A DNA stretch of 64,000 nucleotides from an uncultured Actinomycetes bacterium (GTDB lineage: Bacteria > Actinomycetota > Thermoleophilia > UBA2241), in the NCBI GenBank assembly GCA_963725665.1, contig CAVRZA010000006.1:128001-192000 (forward strand). The letters run 5' to 3'. The notes beneath the pieces are model-generated. The model saw only the letters and a list, made by a program, of their open reading frames with translations, made no database searches and was not told the origin of the DNA. This document shows, piece by piece, positions 51,351 to 62,163 of this stretch; positions within the stretch are counted from its first letter, which is position 1; each line of letters opens with the position of its first letter. The translations under genes were made by a program, and so were the position numbers.

Positions 51351-53539
51351 CTAGGTCGCCTGCACCGGCAGTCGGCCGAAGTCGCCGATCACGCGCAGCA
51401 CCGCCGTCGTCTCGGCGAGCTGCGCGAGGCGGTTCTCGCGCAGGTCTTGCTCGGGAGCCATCACGAGGACGTCGTCGAAGTAGCGGTCGACGACGGGTCG
51501 CAGGCGCGCCGCGGCTGCGACCGCCTCGTCGACCGCGAGGTCGGCCAGCGCCTGCGCGGCGCTCTCGGCCACCGCCTTGGTCGTCTCCTCCAGCTCGCCC
51601 TCGACGGGGTCCATGAAGAGCGCCGCGTCGACCGCTCGCGCCTGCGCGGCGCCCTTGGCGGCCAGCGAGGCGCAGCGGTTGAAGGCCACCACCACGTCCT
51701 CGAAGGTATCGCCCCCGGCGAGCGCGGCGAAACGCCGCGCTCGCGCGGCCTTTGCCGGTGCGTCGCCGACCGTCGCGCCCATGGCCGCCTCGACGAGCGG
51801 GAAGGGCAACCCCTCGTCGAGGAGGAGGCCCTCGAGGCGCTCCCAGACGAAGGCGGCTGAATCGGCGACGATGGCCTCGTCGGGCTGCGGGCGCGACACG
51901 CCTTGCTCGTCGTAGGCAGCCAGCGCAGCGGCTAGCAGCCGCTCGACGCCGAACCTCAAGCGGTACTCGAGCGCGATGCGCACGATGCCCATGGCGGCCC
52001 GACGCAGCCCGTAGGGGTCGCGCGAGCCCGAGGGCTTCTCGCCGGCGACCCAGGCGCCGACGATGTTGTCGGCCTTGTCGGCCACGGCGAGCAGCGCCCC
52101 CTGCAGGGTCGCCGGCAGCGGCGCCACCGCCGAGAGCGGCAGGTAGTGCTGAGAGATCGCCTGCGCGACGGCCGGCGGCAAGCCGGCGGCCGTCGCGTAG
52201 ATGCCTCCCATCGTCCCCTGCAGCGTGGGGAACTCCTGCACCATCTGGCTCACGAGGTCGGCTTTGGCCAGGGCGGCGGCCTCCTCGAGCGCGAACTTGT
52301 CCGCCTGCGCGCGCTCGGCGAGCCAGCTCGCCAGCGCGCGCAGGCGGACGGCCTTGTCGGCGAGCGAGCCGAGCTTCTCGTGGAAGGTCACATCCTCCAG
52401 CCCGCTGGCCATCTCGAGCAGGCCACGGTCGAGGTCGCGGTCGTACGAGAACTCGGCGTCGTCGAGACGTCCCTCGAGAACGCGCTCGTTGCCCTTGGTG
52501 ATGAGCTCGGCCGCCGAGGGGTCGGCGTTGGAGACGTAGAGGAACGCCGGCAACAGGTCTCGGTCTTCGCGGCGCACGGGGAAGTAGCGCTGATGGCTCT
52601 GCATGGCGGTGATGAGCACCTCGGCCGGCAGGCGCAGGTGGCGCGCGTCGAACGCGCCGGACAGCACCGTCGGCCACTCGGCCAGGTAGACGTTCTCGGC
52701 CAGCACATCGCCGGGGTCGAACCACGCGCCGCCGACCCGCGCCGCCTGCTCCTCGAGGCCCGCGATGATGGCCGCCCGGCGTTCATCCTGGTCGACCACG
52801 ACCTTCTGCTCGCGCAGGTGCTCCTCGTAGTGCTCGGCGCGGTCGATGATCACCGGGGCGCCGAGCACGCGGTGCCCCTGCGTGACATCGCCGGCGAGGA
52901 GCCCATAGAAGCGAAACGAGAGCGTGTCGTCCCCGAGCTTGCACAGGAGCCAGCGGATGGGACGCGAGAAGCGCAGGTACTCGTCGGCGTCGGCGGGTCT
53001 TCTGTCCCAGCGCATGCCGCGTGGCATCTGCAGGCCGGCGATGAGGCGGCCGGCGAGCTCCGGCAGGACCTCCGCCGCCGGCCGCCGCTCGGCCTCGACC
53101 TCGGCGACGGCGAACTCGGTGCCGTCGATGACCTCGCGACGCAGCGCGCCGGGCTCGATGCCGCGCGAGCGCGCGAAGCCGAGCCCGGCCTTGGTCGGCG
53201 CGCCGGCGTCGTCGAAGGCCACGGCGGCGCGCGGGCCACGGTAGAGCGTCGTCTCGGGCGTCTGGTCGTCGGGCACCTCGCGCAGCAGCACGGCGATGCG
53301 CCGCGGGGCCACCATCACGCGCAGGGCGTCGCCGGCGAAGCCTTCGCACGGCGCCCCGTCCGTATCGGTGACGTCGTACTCGCGCGGGCGCACGACCTCG
53401 GGGGCGAGGAGCCGGGCCTCCTGGAAGAGCTTGAAGACGAGGCCCGGCTCCTCGCCCGACCCGCGCAGCTGCTTCAGGACCGACTCGCAGACCGTAGCCG
53501 GCAGCTCCTCGCAGCCGATCTCGAATAGGAAGGGCGGCA

Positions 53540-53540
<1 letters not shown>
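51351..53540 (-). CDS. glyS: Glycine--tRNA ligase beta subunit
   Basis: [26 protein letters not shown]...[26 protein letters not shown]. Confidence 0.97.
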
Positions 53541-54493
<953 letters not shown>

Positions 54494-54602
54494 CGGGCAC
54501 TCCGCATGCAAAACGGGGATTGTATCAAGCGCGCTCGGACACCAACAAGGCGGCCGCCGATCAGGCGTCTCTCCAACGGCCGCTGATCGCCTGGCCGGAA
54601 GG

Positions 54603-55748
54603 CTACGCCGGGCGGCCCCACTCCCTCGCCACGGTGGCCCAAGCCCTGTCGTAGACGGCGCCGAACGAGCCGAGATCAGCCAGCCACTGGCCGTGGGCGA
54701 GCTGCAGGTCGCTGCGCGCGAAGGAGCGCTCGAGCGTCGGCAGGTACTTCCAGGCCTCAGGTTCGGCCGACTGAGTCCCGAGACGCTCGGCGACTCCACG
54801 TTGCACGCCGGGCCGCAGACAGAAGTCGAGGAAGGCATGAGCAGCGAGGGGGTTGGCCGTCGCGCGTGCCACGCACAGGACACGGGTGTCGATCTCGAAC
54901 CCGTCGGCCGGCAGGACGAAGTGCACACCGCCGCCGGGTGCACTCCTTGCTGCCCTCAGCGCCTGGGAACTCCAGCAGACGGCGACCGGCGCGCCGCCCC
55001 TGTCCGGGCCGGGCTCTCGCAGATTCGTCTTGAGAGCGATCAGGCGTCCCACAGCGCGATCGATCTGGCGCCTGTCGGTCGAATCGAGGGGGAGCCCCAG
55101 GGAGAGGAGCCCGATACCGATGACCGAACGCCCGCGGGCGTCGACTCGCACACCTCCTCGGAACCGCGGCTGCCAGAGGTCGGCCCAGGTGCGCGCCGGC
55201 GCACCGCCGAGCGCTCCCGGCTGCACGGCCAGACCGAGTGTCTCGAACTGGAACGGGACCGAGTACCTCGCCGGGTCACCGCGATCGTACGGCGGCGCAC
55301 GGAACGCTCCCTGCACGTAGTCGAAGTTGCCCACGAGTGTCATGTCGAGCGGCAGGAGCAGGCCCTCGCCGGCGAGACCGGGGACGAGACCGTCGGCCAT
55401 CACGAGGACGTCGTACGAGGCGACGCCCCTCAAAGACTCGGGCAACGCCACACCGTCGGCCGGCGCGGCCGCGCGAACGGCCACACCGGTGCGCCGCGAA
55501 AAGGCCTTCAGGACTACGGCGTCGATAGGGGCGGCTGGCGCGAGGAGCCGCACCGCACCGGTCGGGGAAGGTGTCGGCGACGGCGGCAGCGTCGAGCCCG
55601 ACGGCGCGAAGGTGGCTCTGCTGCAAGCGCTCGGCCAGTCGGCCAGGATAGTCGCTGAGAGGCCGGCGAAAACGAGCCGACGTACGAACGCCGCACGCGT
55701 CAGAGTGACGCCGTCGTCTTGCGCCCCGCTCTGAGATCCAGAGGCCAC
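54603..55748 (-). CDS. PotD/PotF-like extracellular solute-binding protein (orphan)
   Basis: GGAGG RBS then GTG. YDVLV, LLLPLD...GNF, PYD...YSVP, TWADLW.P, AHAFLDF. Confidence 0.75.
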   Translation of the reverse strand: MASGSQSGAQDDGVTLTRAAFVRRLVFAGLSATILADWPSACSRATFAPSGSTLPPSPTPSPTGAVRLLAPAAPIDAVVLKAFSRRTGVAVRAAAPADGVALPESLRGVASYDVLVMADGLVPGLAGEGLLLPLDMTLVGNFDYVQGAFRAPPYDRGDPARYSVPFQFETLGLAVQPGALGGAPARTWADLWQPRFRGGVRVDARGRSVIGIGLLSLGLPLDSTDRRQIDRAVGRLIALKTNLREPGPDRGGAPVAVCWSSQALRAARSAPGGGVHFVLPADGFEIDTRVLCVARATANPLAAHAFLDFCLRPGVQRGVAERLGTQSAEPEAWKYLPTLERSFARSDLQLAHGQWLADLGSFGAVYDRAWATVAREWGRPA

Positions 55749-55865
55749 GTCCCTCCCCCCTGATTGCGTACCTGATCCGATTGTACGCGGGGTTGACGCC
55801 TCTACACGGAGAGGATCACGAAGCGCACGCACGATCAACACGGTGCCTCAGGGTGTCTGAAACGC

Positions 55866-57884
55866 TCAGAGCGTGATGGGCCGCGCCAGTCGCGGACTCC
55901 CCATGTGATTGAACGCGCACAGGTGCTTCCGGCGGCGACCCACGACCAGGCCGGGAGCCACCAGCAGCGCACCGATCGCCACAGCCGCAAGCCCACCGGT
56001 GAGCCACAGGGGCCGGCGGGGCGAGCCGCCTGCGGCGCTCCCCCCGCCGGCCCCCGTCGTGCCACCGCTCGGTACCGAGCCCACGCGCACGCCGACCACG
56101 GCCACGGCCCCCGACGACGCCTGCCCGGTCGCGCTGCCGGTTGGCGGACCCGAAAGACTCTGAGTGGCACCTTGGCCGCCGGCCGCGGTCCCACCGCCTG
56201 AGGTCTGCCCTGCCCCCGACCCGGCCCCGGTGCCGGTACCGGATCCCCCACCGGAACCCGATCCCGACCCGGATCCCGCACCCGAGCCACCGATGCCGCC
56301 GACGTCGAGCGAGCCGCTTCCCGGCGTGTTACCCGTCCCTGTCGCTGCCCCGCCGTGGCCGTCCTTTCCCTTAGCGGTCGCCGACCGGTAGGTGATGGTG
56401 AGGTCGTACAGGGTCGGGGTCAACCCACGATCGCTCGTCGTGAGCGAGACCGTGTACTTAAGCTTCGTGTCCGTGAAACCCGTGGGGAACTTGTAGACTC
56501 CCGCACCGCCACTGAGGGCCACTCCGGAGGCGCCCTGCGGACGCCAGACGCCGTCGGATCCCGCGTACCAGAGCCTCAGGCTCGTGCCCGCCGGCACGTC
56601 GGCGTTCCAGTGCAGCGCGAGGAACCGCTTACCTTGCTTGGGACGCCCGCAGTCGATCCAGCGCGAGTCCATCTTGGCGCCGCCGTTGTTGCCGAGCAGC
56701 GCCACCGTGCGTGTGGCCCGGTCGCAGAGCAGGAGCGCACCGTCGGCCGCTCGCGGCGTACCACTCGCATCGGGCGCCTTGCCGCTGATGGCCTCGGCGG
56801 CGCTCGGGTCGTCGAGGCTGCCGCCTACCGGCGGGTACTCCCAGAGGATGCTCGAGGCTGTCCAGCCGTGCAGGTCGCCGTTGATACGGTAGTCGCCGCT
56901 GCGTACGGCGATGACCCTGTGGTTGCCGCCGTCGACGATGAGCGTCCGGTCGTTCGACAGCCGGACGGCGCCCGCGGGTGTGTCGAGGTAGCCCGGCGCC
57001 GAGCCGGGGCTGCCGGCGACGCCGTACTGCCAGCGGAGCGCTCCGGCGGAGTCCACCGCGAATACGCGATGCTGGCCGGCGTCGGTGATGAGAGTGACGC
57101 CGCCGGCGTGCCGCTGCGCCTGGACGGGCCGCAGCAGCCCGCCCGGCGCCGAGTCGGCGGACAATTCCCAGACGACGCCGCCGCCCGAGCCGCCCGTGAC
57201 GAGGTTCGCCGACCAGCTCACCTCGACGACGCGCGGCGCCCCCGCGGCGGCGTCGGCGATGAGGACCGTCGGCGCCCCGCCGGTGCCCTGGGGCACGTAC
57301 TCTGCGCACACGGGCTGGAGCAGATGACCGGGTGAGGCACCAGGCTCGCCGGTCACCCCGTACTGCCAGACGATCTCCTTGGTCTCGTAGGACACGGCAA
57401 AGACGCGATCAGCGCCAGGGTCGGCGATGAGGACGTAAGAGCTCGAGCCGACGACGATCCGCCGCGCCCAGCAGGGAGCGCTCAAGCCGGGGCCCGCGTA
57501 CGACCAGACGACCCGTGTGAGGGTCTGCGACGAGCCGTCCTCGCCCAGGACCAGCACGCTGGCGCCGCACGTGAGCAGCACGTCTCCGACGCCGGCCCAG
57601 GCGACCGAGCGTACCGCGCCGGCGCTCGCGCCCTCGGACGGCACCTGCGCCGACCAGATGGGCCCGCGTTCGCCGATTCGCAGCGACTGGTCGGCGGCGT
57701 CGGCGCGGTACTGGGTGACGACATCGAGACCGGATGCTTCGTCCCTCGAGCGATGGGCGAAGTCAAAGGAGTGGCCGGGCACGCCGAGCCTGTAGGAGAC
57801 GAGGTCGGCGGCCCCAGCCACCGAGACGCAGGTCAGCGCGAGGACGACCGCAAGGAGGAGACACGTGAGGACCCGTACCCTCAC
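55866..57884 (-). CDS. Secreted NHL/beta-propeller repeat protein with Gly/Ser linker and C-terminal membrane anchor
   Basis: Signal peptide; repeats LI.D....RV..V.....WQYG..G..G..PG.L..P; GS-rich stalk; TM followed by RRRK. GTGA overlap with the ATPase stop. Confidence 0.8.
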   Translation of the reverse strand: MRVRVLTCLLLAVVLALTCVSVAGAADLVSYRLGVPGHSFDFAHRSRDEASGLDVVTQYRADAADQSLRIGERGPIWSAQVPSEGASAGAVRSVAWAGVGDVLLTCGASVLVLGEDGSSQTLTRVVWSYAGPGLSAPCWARRIVVGSSSYVLIADPGADRVFAVSYETKEIVWQYGVTGEPGASPGHLLQPVCAEYVPQGTGGAPTVLIADAAAGAPRVVEVSWSANLVTGGSGGGVVWELSADSAPGGLLRPVQAQRHAGGVTLITDAGQHRVFAVDSAGALRWQYGVAGSPGSAPGYLDTPAGAVRLSNDRTLIVDGGNHRVIAVRSGDYRINGDLHGWTASSILWEYPPVGGSLDDPSAAEAISGKAPDASGTPRAADGALLLCDRATRTVALLGNNGGAKMDSRWIDCGRPKQGKRFLALHWNADVPAGTSLRLWYAGSDGVWRPQGASGVALSGGAGVYKFPTGFTDTKLKYTVSLTTSDRGLTPTLYDLTITYRSATAKGKDGHGGAATGTGNTPGSGSLDVGGIGGSGAGSGSGSGSGGGSGTGTGAGSGAGQTSGGGTAAGGQGATQSLSGPPTGSATGQASSGAVAVVGVRVGSVPSGGTTGAGGGSAAGGSPRRPLWLTGGLAAVAIGALLVAPGLVVGRRRKHLCAFNHMGSPRLARPITL

Positions 57885-58969
57885 GGCCTCTCCTCTATCA
57901 CATGGACCGCCTCGACCGGGATCTCGAGCGTCACCGGCGCCCCTACCGACAGCGCGCTGTCGGCCGCGTAGGCCCGCGGTAGAAACGCCACGAGGCCGGC
58001 GGCGTCAAGCTCCACAAGCCAGCCCGTGGAGGTGGAGCGCAGGCCGGCGACGCGAGCGCTTACGAGGTTCCTACTCGAGACGTCCGCCGCCTCCGATGCC
58101 CTCACTACGATGCGGTCGGCGCGCACGACGACCGTCACCGGCCCGCGTGCTGGACACGCGGCGTCGAGCGTGAGCCCACCCGTCAGCCTCACCCGGCAGC
58201 CGCCGCCGTTGGCCTCCGCCACCGCCGGGAGGACGTTGCGCGCTCCCGTGAGACGGGCCACGGCAGCGCTGGCCGGACGGTCGAGAATGTCGTCTGCGGT
58301 ACCCGACTGGGCGACGAGGCCGTCGACGAGCGCGACGCAGCGCGGCGCGACGGCGACGGCCTCGTCGAGACTGTGTGTCACGTGAAGCACGGTGAGACCG
58401 AAGCGCTGGTGGACGGAGCGCAGCTCGTCCTGAAGCTCCTCGCGCGCCCGCTGGTCGAGGGCGCTCAGGGGCTCGTCGAGCAGCAACGCGTGCGGCTGCA
58501 CGGCGAGCGCCCTTGCCAGCGCGACGCGCTGCCGCTCGCCGCCCGACAGCGTCTGCGGCTTGCGCGTCAGGGACTGATCGATCCCCAGAGCCTCGGCCAA
58601 GGCGCGCACGGCGGCGCTGTCGCGCCGCCGTCTGGACCAGGGTAGGAAGCGCCTGAGACCACGATCGCGACGCACTTCGCCGCCGAAGGCGATGTTGCCG
58701 GCGATGTCGAGGTGCGGAAAGAGCAGGGCATCCTGCCCGACGAGACCGACGCCGCGCCGCTCGGGCGGCAGCGACGTGACCTCACGGCCAGCGATCGTCA
58801 ACCGGCCCGCAGCGACGCCGCGCAGGCCGGCGATCGTCTCGAGGAGCACGCTCTTGCCGGCGCCGCTGCGCCCCACAACGGCCACGTACTCGCCGTCGCC
58901 GACCTCGAGGTCGAGGGGACCCAGCGTGAAACCCCCCGCAGAGACCACGACTGCCTCGGCGCGGATCAC
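57881..58969 (-). CDS. wtpC: Tungstate/molybdate ABC transporter ATPase (WtpC/ModC-like) with TOBE-like C-terminus
   Basis: GRSGAGKS, LPPERR, LSGGERQR, LLLDEP, HVTH; operon context. Confidence 0.85.
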   Translation of the reverse strand: MIRAEAVVVSAGGFTLGPLDLEVGDGEYVAVVGRSGAGKSVLLETIAGLRGVAAGRLTIAGREVTSLPPERRGVGLVGQDALLFPHLDIAGNIAFGGEVRRDRGLRRFLPWSRRRRDSAAVRALAEALGIDQSLTRKPQTLSGGERQRVALARALAVQPHALLLDEPLSALDQRAREELQDELRSVHQRFGLTVLHVTHSLDEAVAVAPRCVALVDGLVAQSGTADDILDRPASAAVARLTGARNVLPAVAEANGGGCRVRLTGGLTLDAACPARGPVTVVVRADRIVVRASEAADVSSRNLVSARVAGLRSTSTGWLVELDAAGLVAFLPRAYAADSALSVGAPVTLEIPVEAVHVIEERP

Positions 58970-59808
58970 GGCGAGCTCCTATTCCCCAGCACCAGGCGCA
59001 CCGCGATGAAGACGGCCAACGCGACGAGAACAATGAGCAGCGCCACCGGTTGGGCCGCCTCGAGGCCGAAACCTTCGAAGCGCTCGAACACGAGCACCGG
59101 CACGGTCTTCGGGTTGTAGGCCAGGATCACGACCGCGCCGAACTCACTCATTCCTCGTGCCCACATGAGCAGCGCCCCGGCCAGCACGCCGCGACCGGCC
59201 AGCGGCAGCGCCACGCGCGCGAAGGCGACGCCCTGGGAGGCGCCCAGCGTACGCGCGAGTTGCTCGTAGCGCGGATCAACCAGCGCGAACGCCTCGCGCG
59301 CGGTGTCGACCAGGAACGGGAGGCTGACGAAGAGCATGGCGACCGCGATGCCGGCCAGGGTATCGGTGAACGTCACGCCGAGATGCGCGAAACCCCTCCC
59401 CAGCACTCCCGTACGGCCGAACACCAGCAGAAGGGCGATGCCGGCCGCCGTGTGCGGGAACACGATCGGCAGGTCGATGATGGCCTCGACGAGACGCTTG
59501 CCGGCGAACGAGCGCCGCGCCAGCACATAAGCGAGGGGCACGCCGCCGATCGTCGCCAGCCCGGTCGCGATCAGAGCCGCCTCCAGCGTGACGATGAGTG
59601 CGTCTCGCACGTCGGCCTCGCGCGCCGCCTGCATCAGGTCGCCGAAGCCGGTGCGGGCTACGAGCGAGACGAGCGGCGCGGCCAGGAACACGAGCACGAC
59701 GAGGCCGAGCGCCCAGGCGACGATGGTGAAGACGGCGGGACGCCGGCGGGGCCGGCCGGCCCCGCCGGCGTCCCGCGCCTGCATGGTCCGCGTCTCGTTC
59801 CCCCTCAC
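58966..59808 (-). CDS. wtpB: Tungstate/molybdate ABC transporter permease (WtpB/ModB-like)
   Basis: IDLPIVFPHTAAGIALL, ARTLGAS, WARGMSEFGAVVILAY.P; GTGA overlap with the wtpA stop. Confidence 0.88.
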   Translation of the reverse strand: MRGNETRTMQARDAGGAGRPRRRPAVFTIVAWALGLVVLVFLAAPLVSLVARTGFGDLMQAAREADVRDALIVTLEAALIATGLATIGGVPLAYVLARRSFAGKRLVEAIIDLPIVFPHTAAGIALLLVFGRTGVLGRGFAHLGVTFTDTLAGIAVAMLFVSLPFLVDTAREAFALVDPRYEQLARTLGASQGVAFARVALPLAGRGVLAGALLMWARGMSEFGAVVILAYNPKTVPVLVFERFEGFGLEAAQPVALLIVLVALAVFIAVRLVLGNRSSP

Positions 59809-61040
59809 GGCGTGGCTCCCACCCGCAGCGGAGCACACAACGGCCGCAGCATGGCCGGCAGCTTGTCCATGTGGTCCACGCGCGCCGGTGTCACCGATGG
59901 CTGGTAGGCCTCGGCGAGGATCCGGCGCCCCTCAGGTCCGAGCAGAAACGCAACGAAACGCTCAGCCTCGGCGTGGTCGGGCGCGTTACGCGGGATCGTC
60001 ACCGCGTAGGCGATCGGCGCGCCGCCGAACACGGGCTTGACACTCGCGAACCGCTGGAACGCGATGGCGACTGCCACGCGCGCATACGCAGCCGCGTAGC
60101 GTGGCGAACCCAGGTCGATCTGCGCTGGCAGGCGGACGAAAGGCAGCTCGTGCTGACGCACGACGCTCTCGTACTCGAATGCGCAGTCGAGGTCGCCCGA
60201 TTCCAGCAGGGCCACAAGCTGGATGCTCGCCCCGCGGAGCACGAGTCCCGAGCCGGCGACCCCCTGCAGCAACTCGGGCACGTCGATCACGTTGACGCCG
60301 TCCTTGCCCGTTACCGTCACCGGCGGAGTGAAACGTCCGACGGTGAGATCCTCGAAGAGATGGTCGTCGCGGTACTGTCGCTCGGCAAGCTGCAGGACCA
60401 TCAAAGCACGGTAGCCGGCGGCGTCGAAGCGCGGGTCGGCCAAGCCGAAGCGCACGCCCTGCGTGGTGACAGCCTTGACCCAGTCGCCCGAGCGGAAGAG
60501 CGGCGCGAAGCGGCTGGCCGGCGAGTAGGCGAGTACCATGCGGTTCGTCGCGAACACGGCATACCAGTCAGCCGTCGGTGTCGCCCCACCGCTACCCGCC
60601 GGGTCCTCCATCAGCACCGTGATCAGGGCCGCGTCGGCCGAGGCCAGCACGTCGAAGCGCCGATGCAGGTCCGTCACCTGACGGATAACCTGGATGCTGC
60701 CGTGACTCTCGGTCTGCACCTCGGCGCCGGGATGCGCCTTCTCGTACGCTGTGGCCAGGCGGTCGAAGGGGATGATCAGGCTGCCGGCGTCGATGACCGC
60801 GAGCTTGTCGGCCGACGAGGAGCCGCAGCCGCTCGCGACGCTGGCCGCGGCAACCACGGCTGCTGCGGCCAGCGCCGCGAGCGCCGTGAACAGCACTGCA
60901 CGATGGAACGGCCCAGCGACCCGGCTCACGACCGGCGGGATGCCACGCGGCGCCGACCCGACGGCGCGTGCCGACCCGACGGCGCGTGCCGACCCGACGG
61001 CGCGTGCACATCCTCTGCGGCGTCTGCCCCAAGGGCCCAC
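59805..61040 (-). CDS. wtpA: Tungstate/molybdate-binding lipoprotein (WtpA-like); start uncertain (61040 or 60929)
   Basis: Lipobox ASGC; AGSL..PF, E.HGS.Q.IRQVT, DV.ASAD..LI, FATN.MVLAY, DP..DAAGYR, AFEYESV, I.YA.TIP.NA. Confidence 0.88.
   Translation of the reverse strand: MGPWGRRRRGCARAVGSARAVGSARAVGSAPRGIPPVVSRVAGPFHRAVLFTALAALAAAAVVAAASVASGCGSSSADKLAVIDAGSLIIPFDRLATAYEKAHPGAEVQTESHGSIQVIRQVTDLHRRFDVLASADAALITVLMEDPAGSGGATPTADWYAVFATNRMVLAYSPASRFAPLFRSGDWVKAVTTQGVRFGLADPRFDAAGYRALMVLQLAERQYRDDHLFEDLTVGRFTPPVTVTGKDGVNVIDVPELLQGVAGSGLVLRGASIQLVALLESGDLDCAFEYESVVRQHELPFVRLPAQIDLGSPRYAAAYARVAVAIAFQRFASVKPVFGGAPIAYAVTIPRNAPDHAEAERFVAFLLGPEGRRILAEAYQPSVTPARVDHMDKLPAMLRPLCAPLRVGATP
60952..61005. 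repeat. 3 x 18-bp perfect tandem repeat
   Basis: GCCGACCCGACGGCGCGT at 60952, 60970 and 60988. Confidence 0.95.
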
Positions 61041-61047
61041 GGCGGCC

Positions 61048-62061
61048 TCACTCGATCCTCAGCAGAACCTTTGTGATACGGCCGATCGCCAGGTCGTCGG
61101 TCAGCCCGGGCCCCACGAGCCGCAGCGGGAAGTCCTGTGGGGGAAGCTCGCCGCCGTCGACCTTGCCGGCAAGCAGAACATCCTTGTGCTTCATGACGAA
61201 GCGGGAGCTCAGGAACGCCTTGGCCCCGGTGGAGCCGATCAGCTCGATGGTGTAGTCGCGTGCCGCCAGCTTGCGGTTGAACGCGCCGGCCCCGTGGGTG
61301 TGGCCGTCGTCAACCGAGCCCACGACGAGCCAAAGAGGGATGCCCTCCCAACGCTGGCCCTCGGAGTCGACCCACCCCGAGCCGTGGCAGCCGGGCGACG
61401 CGCAAGAGACGTACGAGGCACGCGTGATGGTAGAACGCGTCTTGCCTTCGATCGAGGCGCTCCACTCGCCCATGGCGCGCTTGACCTCGATGCGATCGAC
61501 CAGCTTGACCGACCAATGGCCGTCGACCACGACGTCAGGCCCCTTCTCGGCCAGAACGAGGCGCAGCGGACCCTCGTCGGGTGATAGTGGCTTGCCCTCG
61601 TGCGCGTAGGCGATGAGCAGCGTGAGCTCGTCGACCGGCGGACGTTCGGCGCTCGTGGCGGGATCGAACGTGGTGAACCCGGCCCCTGCCACCTGACCGT
61701 TGGAGAACGTCATCCCGTAGCCGTCCTTGGCCAGGACGGTGACACCCTCAGCGGAGCCGACCCCGCCGACCGCCTCCACGAGCGACTGAAGGGGGACGCC
61801 GGTGTACTCCTGTGGCGCGGTGATAACCCCCACACTGCTCTTCATGCCGGCGTACCCGGTGAACGAGGGCAGCTGCCGCAACTGAGCCATGGAGTAGGTC
61901 ATGGTGCGCTCGCCGCCCACGACCGTGAGCGCGGTCGGCCCGGCGACGCTGGTCGCGCTGCTCCCGGGGCTCGACTGTCCGGACGCGCAACCGATGACTC
62001 CCAGCACAGTGAGGACGATCACGACGGCGAGACCGCCGAAAGTGTACCTGCGAGCAAGCAT
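61048..62061 (-). CDS. Exported lipoprotein with two molybdopterin-oxidoreductase-like (Oxidored_molyb) domains
   Basis: GAGGAGG RBS; lipobox VIGC; YTGVPL..L, LAKDGY, IAY...GKPL...GPLRLV, SVKLV.RIE; second domain WEGIPLW...FPLRLVG. Confidence 0.75.
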   Translation of the reverse strand: MLARRYTFGGLAVVIVLTVLGVIGCASGQSSPGSSATSVAGPTALTVVGGERTMTYSMAQLRQLPSFTGYAGMKSSVGVITAPQEYTGVPLQSLVEAVGGVGSAEGVTVLAKDGYGMTFSNGQVAGAGFTTFDPATSAERPPVDELTLLIAYAHEGKPLSPDEGPLRLVLAEKGPDVVVDGHWSVKLVDRIEVKRAMGEWSASIEGKTRSTITRASYVSCASPGCHGSGWVDSEGQRWEGIPLWLVVGSVDDGHTHGAGAFNRKLAARDYTIELIGSTGAKAFLSSRFVMKHKDVLLAGKVDGGELPPQDFPLRLVGPGLTDDLAIGRITKVLLRIE

Positions 62062-62163
62062 CGCCGACCCCTCCTCGGCAGCCATCTTGCGGCGGCTTCG
62101 GGCGGGCGGCGCCTCCCGGCGCCGCCCGCCCGCCGCACCTACCATCCCGGAGACCGGGATCTC

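Noticed and set aside
54494-54602. T-box riboswitch before glyQS
   Set aside because: The leader is too short and a promoter-like TGnTACAAT sits just upstream of the start; no T-box motif.
55900-56100. Sortase LPXTG signal in the NHL protein
   Set aside because: No LPXTG before the TM helix (only VPSGG further upstream); treated as a plain membrane anchor.
56160-56330. Low-complexity repeat-like DNA
   Set aside because: Explained by the Gly/Ser linker codons of the surface protein.
60952-61005. Possible CRISPR array
   Set aside because: Head-to-tail repeats with no spacers; no cas genes and no repeat-spacer structure seen in the window.
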